Origin: an uncultured delta proteobacterium | Lineage (GTDB): Bacteria; Desulfobacterota; Binatia; UBA9968 | NCBI GenBank assembly: GCA_963771465.1 | Contig: CAVYTU010000014.1 | Coordinates: 1,056,001 to 1,120,000, forward strand | DNA length: 64,000 bases | Direction: 5' to 3' | Part shown: positions 49,278 to 59,494 of the stretch, piece after piece | How the letters are laid out: each line of letters starts with the position of its first letter | Numbering within the stretch: the first letter of the stretch is position 1 | The notes under the pieces: generated by a model | Told to the model about the DNA's origin: nothing | The model's database searches: none | Seen by the model: the letters and a program-made list of their open reading frames with translations, nothing else | Translations under genes and position numbers: made by a program

Positions 49278-50092
49278 TCTCGCTCCGTCGCTGCGCAACC
49301 GCTCCATTCGGGCCCATCGTTTTTTATCTGCTGGTCACGTTCAGTTTCTACTTGACGGGATGCGCGACGGTTGCCAAGACGCTGGCGCCCCAACCGCCAA
49401 CGCCGCAGTGGGAATCGGCCAAGTTGATCGAGGCGCTCAGCCAGCGGCGCAAGCAGTTTCGCTCGCTGCGCGCATTGGCGCACGTCAATTATTCGGGGCC
49501 GGAAGGCAAGCATGGGTTCGACGAAGCGGTTTTGGTGCAGCGCCCCGATCGCCTGCGTTTGGAGACGCTGTCGATGTTGGGAGCGATTCTCATCGTCACC
49601 GCCAACGGTAAAGAGATTATCGGCTATCACCCGCGCGAAGGCGTGATGGTGCGCGGTCAGAGCACGAAAGTGAACTTGCTGCGCTACACGCAAATTCCCC
49701 TGGAGCTGGACGAAATCACCTCGCTCCTTGCAGGGTTGCCGCCGGTGGACGCTTCTGGCCCCTGGCGCCAGGAGGGAAACTCGTTGATGTTCTCGCCCAA
49801 CGGCAATCTGAAAGACTCAGTCGCGTTCGAGTCGTCGCAGCCGTTGCCGACCCAGTGGCAGCGTTTCAACGGCAGCGGCGCGGTGGAATTGACCGCCCAG
49901 TTTTCCGACTACATCACGACAGCGGCGGGTTTATTTCCGTCCAAGATCAATATCGAAGCGCCGCTGCAAAAGAAAAAGTTGGAAATCCGTTTTCAAGGAC
50001 CGGAATTGAACGCGACGATTCCCGCCGACTCTTTTTCACAACCAAAGCCGCCCCACGTGAAGGAGATTCCCATCGAGATGATCGGGAGTTGA
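49274..50092 (+). CDS. LolB/LolA-like lipoprotein (DUF4292-like)
   Basis: Lipobox LTGC, RPDRLRLE, FSDY...FPSKI, IPADSF; follows the TPR lipoprotein as lolB-like genes often do. Confidence 0.65.
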   Translation: MISLRRCATAPFGPIVFYLLVTFSFYLTGCATVAKTLAPQPPTPQWESAKLIEALSQRRKQFRSLRALAHVNYSGPEGKHGFDEAVLVQRPDRLRLETLSMLGAILIVTANGKEIIGYHPREGVMVRGQSTKVNLLRYTQIPLELDEITSLLAGLPPVDASGPWRQEGNSLMFSPNGNLKDSVAFESSQPLPTQWQRFNGSGAVELTAQFSDYITTAAGLFPSKINIEAPLQKKKLEIRFQGPELNATIPADSFSQPKPPHVKEIPIEMIGS

Positions 50093-50098
50093 GCAAAG

Positions 50099-51868
50099 AT
50101 GCGACCCAGCTGGCGACTGATCGTTGCCCTGCTATTTATTATTGGCTGTGGTGACAAAAGCGAAGTCAAAGTCGCCGATGTCAAACCGGAAACGAGCACC
50201 GAAGACGCCGGCAAGCCTGTGACCGGGGATTGGCTAATTTATCACGAGCTCAGTGATCCCGAGCAACTTAACCCACTCACCAGCAGTGACGCGGTCTCCA
50301 GCGACATCAGCGCATTCATGTTTGAGGCTTTGCTTACCCGTGACCCGCGCACATTGGAAATCAAACCGCTTATCGCTGAGGCGCGGCCGGAAATTGCGCA
50401 GGATAAACTCACCTATACATTCAAGATTCGCAAAGATGCGCGCTTTCAAGATGGCCGTCCAGTAAGCGGCGAAGATGTCCTGTTCAGCGTTAAGGCCGTC
50501 AAGTGTCCGTTTGTCAACGCGCCGTTTCTCCGTGTCTATTACAATTCTTTGATTGATGCCGAGCTCATTGATCCTTATACCATCCGCTTTGTAACCAAAG
50601 AGCCTTACTTTCAGAACGAAAGCGTTTTGGGTGGCGTTCCGCTGCTACCGCGGCATTACTATGATCCGGATAACCTATTGCAGCGCGTATCGGTGAAGGC
50701 GCTCGCCCAAGATCCCGCTAAACTTCCGCCGGAAGTAAAGCAGTTCGGCGAGCAGTTCAATAAGAATTACAATCGCAATCCGCTGGGGTCAGGTCCGTAC
50801 AAATTCAACGGCTGGAAAACCGGTAGCGATATCGAGTTAATTCGTAATCCCAATTATTGGGGCAACGGCAAGGAGAGAATTGATCAACCCCACTTGGATC
50901 GTCTCAAATTTCGCTTCGTGAACAACATGGACGCGGCGCTGAATCGGCTCAAAAGCGGCAGTCTTGACTACATGGAAGCGTTACAGCCGGTGCAGGCGGT
51001 CCGAGGCACAGCTAGCGAAAGGTTTAACCGCGAATTCAAAAAATACGAATACTATGCTCCGACATACACCTATATCGGGTGGAACAACGAGCATCCGATT
51101 TTTCGCGATAAGCGCGTGCGCCAGGCGATGACTTATTTAACCGACCGCAAGCTGATCGTCAAAAGCGTACTGTTTGGCTTGGGAGAAGTCGTCGACAGCC
51201 ATATTTATCTTTTCCGGCCTGAGTACGACAAAAGCCTAGTTAGTTATCCGTTCGATCGACAAAAGGCGCTGGCCTTGCTCGGTGAGGCAGGTTGGAAAGA
51301 TACGGACGGCGATGGTGTGCTCGATAAAGTGGTTGACGGTAAGCGAATTCCGCTGCGATTCGAAATCAAGGTGAACTCGGGCAACGCGCTTCGTAAAAGT
51401 GTGGCGCTGGTATTGCTGGATGAGCTAAAAAAGCACGGCATCGCCGCCAGTGTTCGCGAACTCGACTGGACGATCTTTCTCAACGACGTTAAGAATCATC
51501 ATTTTGACGCGGTGGTTCTAGGCTGGCAGATGTCGACGATCGAACCCGATGCCTACCAGGTGTGGCACTCGACACAAGCGGCCAACAAGGGTTCCAACGC
51601 GATCAGTTATAAAAACTCACGGGTCGACGAAATCCTCGAAAAGTACCGGCGTGAATTTGACGCGCAAAAACGCATTGAAATGTACAAGGAGTTCCAGCAG
51701 ATCCTGCACGAGGAGCAGCCTTACACGTTTCTGTTTGTCTCGAAACGGATTTCTGTGGTGCATCGTCGTTTTCAAGGCGTCGAGGTTTTTCCCGACGGTC
51801 TTCGGCCCATCGATTGGTGGGTTCCCACGAGAAATCAAAAATTTGCAACCACGATAGCTGCCCAATAA
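50099..51868 (+). CDS. Peptide ABC transporter substrate-binding lipoprotein (family 5)
   Basis: IIGC, DPEQLNP, FQDGRPV, GSGPYKF, FRDKRVRQAM, EEQPYTFL. Confidence 0.93.
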   Translation: MRPSWRLIVALLFIIGCGDKSEVKVADVKPETSTEDAGKPVTGDWLIYHELSDPEQLNPLTSSDAVSSDISAFMFEALLTRDPRTLEIKPLIAEARPEIAQDKLTYTFKIRKDARFQDGRPVSGEDVLFSVKAVKCPFVNAPFLRVYYNSLIDAELIDPYTIRFVTKEPYFQNESVLGGVPLLPRHYYDPDNLLQRVSVKALAQDPAKLPPEVKQFGEQFNKNYNRNPLGSGPYKFNGWKTGSDIELIRNPNYWGNGKERIDQPHLDRLKFRFVNNMDAALNRLKSGSLDYMEALQPVQAVRGTASERFNREFKKYEYYAPTYTYIGWNNEHPIFRDKRVRQAMTYLTDRKLIVKSVLFGLGEVVDSHIYLFRPEYDKSLVSYPFDRQKALALLGEAGWKDTDGDGVLDKVVDGKRIPLRFEIKVNSGNALRKSVALVLLDELKKHGIAASVRELDWTIFLNDVKNHHFDAVVLGWQMSTIEPDAYQVWHSTQAANKGSNAISYKNSRVDEILEKYRREFDAQKRIEMYKEFQQILHEEQPYTFLFVSKRISVVHRRFQGVEVFPDGLRPIDWWVPTRNQKFATTIAAQ

Positions 51869-51877
51869 CTATTCCTC

Positions 51878-52909
51878 ATGACCAGTTATCTTTTTCAACG
51901 TTTGCTATTTATGATTCCGACTTTCATTGGCATTACGATGATCGTATTTCTCATTGTCCGTTTGGCGCCCGGCGATCCGGCCGAACTGCGCGCCGCAGGC
52001 GGGCTCGGCGCCGCTGCGGGCGGCGGTATCTCGGTGGAAAAACGCGGCGCGGTGGACGAAGCGATGGCCCAGTGGCGGGCGCAGTACGGCCTCGATAAGC
52101 CGCTCTATGTTCAATATGCGGTATGGTTGAAGAATATTTTTACATTGAGTTTCGGCGATTCGTTCAAGGACAGCCAACCGGTGTGGGGCAAGATCGCCGA
52201 GCGAGTGCCGGTAACACTCAAGCTTAACTTCTGGTCGATCCTGGTGGTGTATTTGGTGGCAATCCCTTTGGGTATTTATTCGGCCACGCACCAAAATTCG
52301 ATTACCGATCAGGCGACAACTTTGCTTGCCTTCGTGTTGTTTGCCGTGCCGTTGGTTTGGGCCGCGACCATGGCGCTGGTGTTTATCTGCGGCGGCGATT
52401 TCTACTATTTCTTTCCCCCGGGCGGGCTGGAGTCGCTTGATGCTTCGGCGGATTGGCCGTGGTGGAAAAGATTTCAGGACCACGCCTGGCACTTGTTTTT
52501 ACCCGTGGTGCTGCTGTCCTACGACGGTTTTGCCGGATTATCGCGCTACATGCGTTCGAGCATGCTCGAAGTCTTGCGCCAAGATTATGTCCAAGTGGCC
52601 AGAGCGAAGGGGCTGGACGAGGGCGTCGTCGTTTTTAAGCATGTGCTACGGAACTCGCTGATACCGCAAATAACTTTACTCGCGTCTATTCTGCCCGGAC
52701 TGATCGGCGGCAGCGTGATTATCGAAACGGTATTTTCTATTCCCGGCCTCGGGCAACTCGGATTCGAGTCAGTCTTATCCCGCGATTATCCCGTGGTGCT
52801 TGCCCTTCTTGCGGTGACCTCGGTCCTAACGCTGATCGGCATTTTGATCTCAGATTTACTTCTGGCTGTCGTGGATCCGAGAATAGCTTTTGGCCGCAGA
52901 GCGCAATAA
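51878..52909 (+). CDS. Peptide ABC transporter permease (DppB/OppB-like)
   Basis: LAPGDP, YGLDKPLYVQY, QDYVQVARAKGL, IETVFSIPGLG, VDPRI. Confidence 0.94.
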   Translation: MTSYLFQRLLFMIPTFIGITMIVFLIVRLAPGDPAELRAAGGLGAAAGGGISVEKRGAVDEAMAQWRAQYGLDKPLYVQYAVWLKNIFTLSFGDSFKDSQPVWGKIAERVPVTLKLNFWSILVVYLVAIPLGIYSATHQNSITDQATTLLAFVLFAVPLVWAATMALVFICGGDFYYFFPPGGLESLDASADWPWWKRFQDHAWHLFLPVVLLSYDGFAGLSRYMRSSMLEVLRQDYVQVARAKGLDEGVVVFKHVLRNSLIPQITLLASILPGLIGGSVIIETVFSIPGLGQLGFESVLSRDYPVVLALLAVTSVLTLIGILISDLLLAVVDPRIAFGRRAQ

Positions 52910-52925
52910 CCCCATTTCAGTGAAC

Positions 52926-53975
52926 ATGGCATCGACGAATCCAACAACGCAGGACACGGTAACGCAATCTGAGGCCGGTGGACTATGGTCCGATGTCTGG
53001 CACCGTTTTAAACGCAATCCGATCGCGCTTACGGGCTTTTACGTTGTTTGTTTTTTTATTTTTATGGCGCTGTTCGCCGACTTCATCGCCAACGACAAGC
53101 CCTATTATACCGAGTATAAAGGCAAGTCGTATTTCCCTATTTTTCGCAGCTACTTGGTCCGCATGAAGCTTGGTCGATGGCCGGCCGAACTGCTAAACGT
53201 TGAGTTTAGAAAACTTGAGGACGCCAAATCAATTTTTCCGCCGATTCCCTATCGCCCGGGCAATATCAACTTGCTCGAGCCGCTCGAGCCGCCTTCAGAG
53301 CGCCACTGGTTCGGCACCGATAAGCTGGGCCGCGACGTGATGGCGGGGATGATTCATGGATCGCGCGTCTCATTATCGATCGGTTTTGTCGCGGTCGGGA
53401 TCGCGGTCGTGATCGGTGTCGTGCTCGGCGCCATTGCCGGCTACTTCGGTTCATGGACAGATTTGGTCATCTCGCGTTTCTTCGAAGTGATGCTTTCTAT
53501 CCCGACGTTTTTTCTGTTGATCACCATCGCGGCGCTTTTGCCGCCGAGCATTTTTTTGACGATGTTGATCATCGGCGCGACCAGCTGGGTCGGCATCGCA
53601 CGCTTTACGCGCAACGAGTTTTTGCGGATTCGCAGTCTAGATTACGTGACCTCAGCGATCGCGCTTGGCGTGTCAGATCGTAAAGTTATGTTCCGACATA
53701 TTCTACCCAACGCCCTAGCACCGGTGATCGTCTCCGTGGTGCTCGGCATCGCCGGCGCGATCCTGGTCGAGTCCAGTCTAAGTTTCCTCGGCATCGGCGT
53801 GCCGGCTGAACTGGTCACCTGGGGTTCGATCTTACACGAAGCCAGCAGCACAACTTTCGCCTGGTGGCTTGCGGTCTTTCCCGGTTTCGCCATCTTTATT
53901 ACGGTGCTCGCCTATTACCTCGTCGGCGAAGGCTTGCGCGAAGTGCTCGACCCGCGCCTGCGCGGCTTGCGTTAG
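52926..53975 (+). CDS. Peptide ABC transporter permease (DppC/OppC-like)
   Basis: HWFGTDKLGRD, RHILPNA, ESSLSFLGIG, GEGLREVLDPR. Confidence 0.94.
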   Translation: MASTNPTTQDTVTQSEAGGLWSDVWHRFKRNPIALTGFYVVCFFIFMALFADFIANDKPYYTEYKGKSYFPIFRSYLVRMKLGRWPAELLNVEFRKLEDAKSIFPPIPYRPGNINLLEPLEPPSERHWFGTDKLGRDVMAGMIHGSRVSLSIGFVAVGIAVVIGVVLGAIAGYFGSWTDLVISRFFEVMLSIPTFFLLITIAALLPPSIFLTMLIIGATSWVGIARFTRNEFLRIRSLDYVTSAIALGVSDRKVMFRHILPNALAPVIVSVVLGIAGAILVESSLSFLGIGVPAELVTWGSILHEASSTTFAWWLAVFPGFAIFITVLAYYLVGEGLREVLDPRLRGLR

Positions 53976-54108
53976 TTCGATGCTTTCTGTTAAGTCGGTC
54001 GAAGCCCATTGCCATTCCTTATTTTGGAACCGAATGTTGCTACTAACAGAACGTATGGCGAGCATCGGCGCGCGAACCGACCATGAGGTCGAAAGAAAAT
54101 AAATATTT

Positions 54109-55236
54109 ATGGCGGAGAAAAGTCTCGACGAAATTAAAACCGATATCTTGCAGCGTTCCGGACGGATCAATCCATTCGAGCGGGTGAAGCAAGCCGACGT
54201 CGAGCTGGTGGTGAAAAACTTGGCCAGCCTCGATTCAGAACTATGGGGCCGCGAGTGGGGTAAGTTTGGCGTCAAGTATGAGGCGGTGGCCCAGGAGCAG
54301 GAAAAGCAAGGCAAGTCGAAAGAGGCCGGCGAGACTTATTACTTGGCCTACGAATATTACCGAATCGGCCGTTATCCGGTGCCGAGCAGTCCGGAAAAAA
54401 TGAAATGTTATCAAGGCGCGCTCAGGACTTTCACCAAAGCCGGCGCGACTATGGAACCGCCGCTGAAGCGCATCGAGATTCCTTTTGAAGGCAAGAAAGT
54501 CGTCGGCTACCTGCAAGTGCCCAAAGGTGTCGATCGCCCGCCGGTGGTGATGCATTGGGGCGGCGTCGATGGTTGGAAAGAAGACCGGCGGACTAACAAC
54601 GACGTGCTGCTAAAGCTAGGCATCGCTTGTTTCACCATCGACATGCCCGGCGCCGGGGAAAATCCTTGTTTGGGTCAAGAGCCGAAAGCGGAAAGAACAT
54701 TTTCGGCGGCGATGGATTACTTGGAAACCCGCAGCGACATCGACGGCAAGCGCATTGCCTGCATGGGCGGCAGCTTCGGCGGCTATTGGGCGGCGAAGCT
54801 CGCCCACACCGAGCCGAAGCGCTTGCGCGGCGCGGTCAATCATGGGGCCGGCGTGCATAGGACTTTTCAGGAAGAATGGTTGCGCCCGGCGCTGACTTTG
54901 ACGGCATCGCAATATCTGATGGGGCCGGCGAGTTTGCTCGACGCGCGCTCATATATTTTCGGCGTCAAGAGTTTGGAAGAAGTGCTCAAGACCGCGCCGA
55001 CGCTTTCGCTGGTGACGCAAGGTTTGATCGATCAGCCCTGCGCGCCATTGCTCTGCATCAACGGTAAGGACGACGATCAGCATCCGATCAGCGACTTCTA
55101 TTTGCTAGCCGAGCACGGTAGCCCAAAAGACTTGCGCATTATTCCTGAGGCTGGCCATATGGGCCGCAAGAAGGGCGAGTCGAACGACGAAGTCGTCGGC
55201 ATCGTGACGACCTGGCTTCAAGAGAAACTGGCATAA
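54109..55236 (+). CDS. Alpha/beta hydrolase (FrsA / 2,6-dihydroxypseudooxynicotine hydrolase-like)
   Basis: GGVDGWKE, IDMPGAGE, GGSFGGY nucleophile elbow, NGKDD, GHMG. Confidence 0.82.
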   Translation: MAEKSLDEIKTDILQRSGRINPFERVKQADVELVVKNLASLDSELWGREWGKFGVKYEAVAQEQEKQGKSKEAGETYYLAYEYYRIGRYPVPSSPEKMKCYQGALRTFTKAGATMEPPLKRIEIPFEGKKVVGYLQVPKGVDRPPVVMHWGGVDGWKEDRRTNNDVLLKLGIACFTIDMPGAGENPCLGQEPKAERTFSAAMDYLETRSDIDGKRIACMGGSFGGYWAAKLAHTEPKRLRGAVNHGAGVHRTFQEEWLRPALTLTASQYLMGPASLLDARSYIFGVKSLEEVLKTAPTLSLVTQGLIDQPCAPLLCINGKDDDQHPISDFYLLAEHGSPKDLRIIPEAGHMGRKKGESNDEVVGIVTTWLQEKLA

Positions 55237-55253
55237 TTTAGGCAGGAGAATAC

Positions 55254-55802
55254 ATGGCACGCATCGCAACGATCACTAAAAAAGAAGAGTTGGCAGCGGA
55301 CGGGCAGAAAGTATTTGACGCCATTGCGCAGAGTCGTGGCGTGGTCGGCGGGCCGTGGTTGGCGTTGCTGCACAGCCCGGAGATGGCGCAGCGCACCATG
55401 CATCTTGGCTCCTACGTGCGTTTTGAGTCGACGCTGGAGCACAAGGTTCTTGAGTTCACGGCGCTGGTCGCCGCGCGGGAGCTTGAATGCAAGCATGAGT
55501 GGGCTGCCCATGTAAATCACGCCCAAAAGGCTGGCGTTCCGCTAGAGACGATTCGCATGGTGCACCAGAAGAAGGGCGCGGAAAATTTTTCTTCCGAAGA
55601 TGCGCAAATCGTCAGCTTCGTGCGCGAGATGATTCAGACGCACCGGGTGAGTGAACCGACCTTTCAGGCGATCTTCAATCGCTTCGGTGAAAAGGGCATG
55701 GTCGAGCTCACCGCAACGATCGGCTATTACGCCATGCTCGCCTGCACGCTCAATACTTTCGACGTCTATACCGCCTCGCCGCCGGATGATCTGAAGATCT
55801 AA
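55254..55802 (+). CDS. Carboxymuconolactone decarboxylase / AhpD-like family protein
   Basis: GPWLALLHSPE, HEWAAH, VELTATIGYY. Confidence 0.85.
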   Translation: MARIATITKKEELAADGQKVFDAIAQSRGVVGGPWLALLHSPEMAQRTMHLGSYVRFESTLEHKVLEFTALVAARELECKHEWAAHVNHAQKAGVPLETIRMVHQKKGAENFSSEDAQIVSFVREMIQTHRVSEPTFQAIFNRFGEKGMVELTATIGYYAMLACTLNTFDVYTASPPDDLKI

Positions 55803-55808
55803 TCTGAC

Positions 55809-55919
55809 ATGACGGCGTTTGCGCACTGATCGCGCACGGCAAATTTCAAGTTCCCAATGTTCCTCGAAGATCAAGTGTGGCCCAAACGCTGTGGCCATAT
55901 GAAGGGAAAACAAGTCATT
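55809..55919 (+). pseudogene. Remnant of an isocitrate lyase/PEP mutase family (PrpB-like) gene
   Basis: 55857-55919 reads MFLEDQVWPKRCGHMKGKQVI, containing the family's active-site signature. Confidence 0.8.
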
Positions 55920-55949
55920 CATTTCATACTGACAATTGCGGTTTGGCCG

Positions 55950-55979
55950 TTGACAGCGTGCGCGAGGGACGGATAGTCT
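55950..55979 (+). promoter_or_regulatory. Putative sigma70 promoter for the SDR gene
   Basis: TTGACA, 18 nt spacer, TAGTCT. Confidence 0.45.
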
Positions 55980-56016
55980 CGGGCGAAAATCGAGATCGCA
56001 GGAAGGGATTCAGGCG

Positions 56017-56787
56017 ATGAAACTGAAAGATCAAGTGGCGCTGATTACCGGGGCGGGGAGAAATATCGGCAAGGCGATGGCTAAGCTGTTCGCTTCCGAA
56101 GGGGCGAAGATTATCGTTGCCGAAATGCATGAAGGGCGCGGTCAAGCGGTGGTCGACGAGATCAACCAGTCGGGTGGTCAAGCAGCGTTGGTGTTGGGCG
56201 ATGTTTCCAAGTCGGCGGACGTGCAGCGCATGGTAAAGGACGGAGTAGGCAAGTTCGGCGGCATCGATATTCTCGTCAACAACGCGGCGCTGACCGACCA
56301 CGCCAATATTTTTGACAGCACGGAAGAAGAATTCGACAAGGTCATCGCCGTGAGTTTGAAGGGACCGTATCTGGTGACGAAATATGTTGCCATGCAGATG
56401 AAGACCCAAGGGCGCGGCGGCAAAGTTTTGAATTTCGGTTCGACATCGGGATTGGTCGGTCGTTTCGACGGCATCGCCTACGCGGCGGCGAAAGCGGGCG
56501 TCATCAACATGACCCGCGCCATGGCGGTGCAGCTGGCCGAGTACGGCATTCGCGTCAACTGTGTCGTACCCAACCGTTCCGGTTCGCCGGTGGGTTACGA
56601 TGATGACGTGGCTGGCAGCCGCACTTTTCAGAACCTCGCCGGCCGTCTCGGTACGGCTGACGATCAGGCAAAAGCGGCATTATTTCTGGTCAGCGACGAT
56701 TCCAGCTTCATCATCGGTCATCCGCTGATCGTCGACGGCGGCGTGATGGCGACGGCGAATTTTCCGCGCGAGCAGTTTCAGAAATAA
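56017..56787 (+). CDS. Short-chain dehydrogenase/reductase
   Basis: TGAGRNIG, LVNNA, YAAAK, IVDGG. Confidence 0.93.
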   Translation: MKLKDQVALITGAGRNIGKAMAKLFASEGAKIIVAEMHEGRGQAVVDEINQSGGQAALVLGDVSKSADVQRMVKDGVGKFGGIDILVNNAALTDHANIFDSTEEEFDKVIAVSLKGPYLVTKYVAMQMKTQGRGGKVLNFGSTSGLVGRFDGIAYAAAKAGVINMTRAMAVQLAEYGIRVNCVVPNRSGSPVGYDDDVAGSRTFQNLAGRLGTADDQAKAALFLVSDDSSFIIGHPLIVDGGVMATANFPREQFQK

Positions 56788-56795
56788 GACCGAAG

Positions 56796-56840
56796 CCGTT
56801 CAAACCGTTCAAATGGTTCAAACAGTTCAAGCCGTTTAAG
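56796..56840 (+). repeat. 9-nt tandem array (NGTTCAAAN x5)
   Basis: CGTTCAAAC CGTTCAAAT GGTTCAAAC AGTTCAAGC CGTTTAAG. Confidence 0.75.
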
Positions 56841-56880
56841 GAGGATCGGTGCGTGGTTGGTTCGATTCTCCGGACACGAG

Positions 56881-58131
56881 TCAGCGATACAGCGGCAGCG
56901 CCGCGATGCGCCGTTCAATCTCCGCCATCATCAACTTGTATTCCGGTCCATCGAAGCCGCCAAAGACGCGTTTGAATTCCGCCTCTTGCATGTATTCCGG
57001 CAGGTCGGTGGTGTCTGGCATGAGGTCGTTTTCGCTTAACCCGGCGGCAAGTTTTTGTCGCAATCTTCGCGCCGACGCGCTCCTTGCCGCATACTCGCCG
57101 AAGCGCGTGCCGGCGCGGTCGGCGGCGATGTCGTTAAATGAAAAGCCGCTGCCGCCGCGCGAGTCGGCAATCTCTTTGTAGACGCCGACGGCGTCCGCTA
57201 ACGGACTGCCGGCGTTGGCCGCGAGCGCCGCGGATACGATGAAATGCTTGGCGAAATCGTCACGCTTACTGAGCAGGACGTCATGCTTGGCTGGGCGCGG
57301 CCAATTCTTCGCAACAGGCAGGACTTTGTCCAAGCTCTCGCCGGTGATGTAGATCGATAATATCAAGATCGCCGCACGGTTTTCCGCTGGCGGATTTTTA
57401 TCGGACCGCTCGGCGGCGAACTTCAACAGTGGCGCTAGCAACTCGATCATGGAGACATTCTTGGATTTTAGCGTACGGGTAACTTCCGCCAATCGCCCTT
57501 GGTAAGCTTTTAGACGATCTTGTTCCTCGGGCGGAATCAGCGCAGCACGCAATTGGTCTGGCAGATCCGCCTGCCACTCATAGGTCAGCGCGATGCGTCG
57601 TTGGTCGACGCGTATTTGCGTGACCACTTGAGCGAATGCATTGAGATCGACAGAGCCGAATGCCAAATCGAAACCGCGCCAGAACAGCCACTGCGCAATC
57701 TGGGGTGGAAGCGACAATCGGCCGATGCGCAGGTATTGCCAGCTTAGACCGGAGCCGTCTTCCACCAATACCGCGTTGAGATTGATGAATAGGCCCATCG
57801 GTATCATCGGCAGTGACCGGCTGGCGCTGAGCTCGACGGCGCGATTCTTCAGCGCCACCCGCGCGCTGGCGCCGGCGTATTGCTGCGCCATATAATTGGC
57901 GGCGAGATCCAGATCGCCTTGGCTGATAACAACCGTGCGCCGCGCGCCGGATTTCAGTTTGCGCGGATCGTTTTGATCGAGAATACGCTTGGCCCGTTCG
58001 ATGCTGCCCGGCGTGACTTCGGCGGCGCGACTGACCGTCGGCTGAGTCTCGATGATGAGAAAGGCGGCGCCGATAAGCGCCAATGGCAAGGCAAGGATCA
58101 GCAGCAGGAGCAGCTTGAATAAGAATCGCAT
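56881..58131 (-). CDS. Hypothetical membrane-anchored protein
   Basis: N-terminal TM; C-terminal DFAKHFIVSAA...KEIADS...GFSFNDIAADRAG motif block. Confidence 0.75.
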   Translation of the reverse strand: MRFLFKLLLLLILALPLALIGAAFLIIETQPTVSRAAEVTPGSIERAKRILDQNDPRKLKSGARRTVVISQGDLDLAANYMAQQYAGASARVALKNRAVELSASRSLPMIPMGLFINLNAVLVEDGSGLSWQYLRIGRLSLPPQIAQWLFWRGFDLAFGSVDLNAFAQVVTQIRVDQRRIALTYEWQADLPDQLRAALIPPEEQDRLKAYQGRLAEVTRTLKSKNVSMIELLAPLLKFAAERSDKNPPAENRAAILILSIYITGESLDKVLPVAKNWPRPAKHDVLLSKRDDFAKHFIVSAALAANAGSPLADAVGVYKEIADSRGGSGFSFNDIAADRAGTRFGEYAARSASARRLRQKLAAGLSENDLMPDTTDLPEYMQEAEFKRVFGGFDGPEYKLMMAEIERRIAALPLYR

Positions 58132-58243
58132 CGCGTGACCTTAGACGAAATTACGCGATGCTGCGACCAAATGCGAATCTTACGTAGGCCTGGCGCGAAT
58201 GAATCTAACTCAGCTCCTGCCTCAACCAACTGACGATAGTCGG

Positions 58244-58357
58244 GAAGGTCTGCGGCGTTTGGCCCATGTGGCCGCCGGGGAAGACCTGATCATGTTGGCA
58301 CTCTTGGGATTTAATGCTATGGGAGATGCAATTCGCGATATTTTGGACCTGCGCATG
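58244..58357 (+). pseudogene. Remnant 3' end of a DppC-like permease
   Basis: IMLALLGFNAMGDAIRDILDLRM resembles the xxFNLLGDGLRDALDPR C-terminus; lies immediately before dppD. Confidence 0.7.
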
Positions 58358-58416
58358 TTGAATCGAGTGCGCGGAGGCCGTACAACGTGAGGGGACGCAA
58401 CCGCGAAGTCGCAGCC

Positions 58417-59406
58417 ATGGCTGATCTAATCCAGGTTAAAAATCTCCAGACTTCTTTTTTCACGCCGGAAGGCGAAGTGCGCGCCATCGATGGCATCAGC
58501 TTCGAGATCGGCGAGGGCAAAACCCTCGGACTGGTGGGCGAATCGGGCTGCGGCAAGAGCGTGACGTCACTCTCGATCATGCGGCTGATCCAATCGCCGC
58601 CGGGAAAAATCGTCGGCGGCGAGATTTTCTACCGTGGCAAGGATCTTCTCAGGCTCAACAATGAAGCGATGCGAAAAATCCGCGGCAACGAGATCTCGAT
58701 GATCTTCCAGGAGCCCATGACTTCGCTCAATCCGGTGTTCACCGTCGGCAATCAGATCGGCGAAGCGATCAAACTGCATCAGGGATTGGGCAAACAGGAG
58801 ACCCGCGCCAAGACGATTGAAATGTTGCGCTTGGTCAAGATCGCCGATCCAGAGTCGCGCGTCGATTCCTATCCGCACCAATTGAGCGGTGGCATGCGCC
58901 AGCGCGTCATGATCGCCATGGCGCTGTCGTGCAATCCATCGCTGCTGATCGCCGACGAGCCGACCACGGCGCTGGACGTGACGATCCAGGCGCAGATTCT
59001 CGAGCTGATGAAAGAGCTGCAGCGAAAGATCGGCGGCATGGCGCTGCTCTTGATCACCCACGATCTCGGCGTGGTCGCCGAACAAGCTGACGATGTCGCC
59101 ATCATGTATGCCGGCAAGATCGTCGAGCGGGCCAACACCAAGGCGATATTCACCAAACCGTTTCACCCTTATACCGTCGGTCTGCTCAATTCGCTGCCGA
59201 GCGTCGGTGCCGCGAAGAAACATCGCTTGGACGCGATCCCGGGCGTCGTGCCAAGTCCGCTCCATTTACCGAGCGGCTGCCGCTTTCGCGACCGCTGTCC
59301 GAGAGCGGCGGAGCTGTGTGCTCAGAGCGAACCGGAGCTGGTCGAGCGAGAGGCAGGCCATACGGTGGCTTGTCATTTTCCGCATGACGAAGTGCGCGCT
59401 AGTTAA
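58417..59406 (+). CDS. Peptide ABC transporter ATP-binding protein (DppD/OppD-like)
   Basis: [30 protein letters not shown]-x2-RC...VACH. Confidence 0.95.
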   Translation: MADLIQVKNLQTSFFTPEGEVRAIDGISFEIGEGKTLGLVGESGCGKSVTSLSIMRLIQSPPGKIVGGEIFYRGKDLLRLNNEAMRKIRGNEISMIFQEPMTSLNPVFTVGNQIGEAIKLHQGLGKQETRAKTIEMLRLVKIADPESRVDSYPHQLSGGMRQRVMIAMALSCNPSLLIADEPTTALDVTIQAQILELMKELQRKIGGMALLLITHDLGVVAEQADDVAIMYAGKIVERANTKAIFTKPFHPYTVGLLNSLPSVGAAKKHRLDAIPGVVPSPLHLPSGCRFRDRCPRAAELCAQSEPELVEREAGHTVACHFPHDEVRAS

Positions 59407-59484
59407 TGGAAAATTGAGAATGGATAATTGAAAATGGAAGAACTGAATTTCAAATTATCCATTATCCATTATCCATTTTGAATT
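59405..59484. repeat. 7-nt periodic inverted repeat (AATGGAT / ATCCATT)
   Basis: AATGGAA AATTGAG AATGGAT AATTGAA AATGGAA ... AATTATCC ATTATCC ATTATCC ATTTTGAATT. Confidence 0.85.
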
Positions 59485-59494
59485 GAGCCAATTC

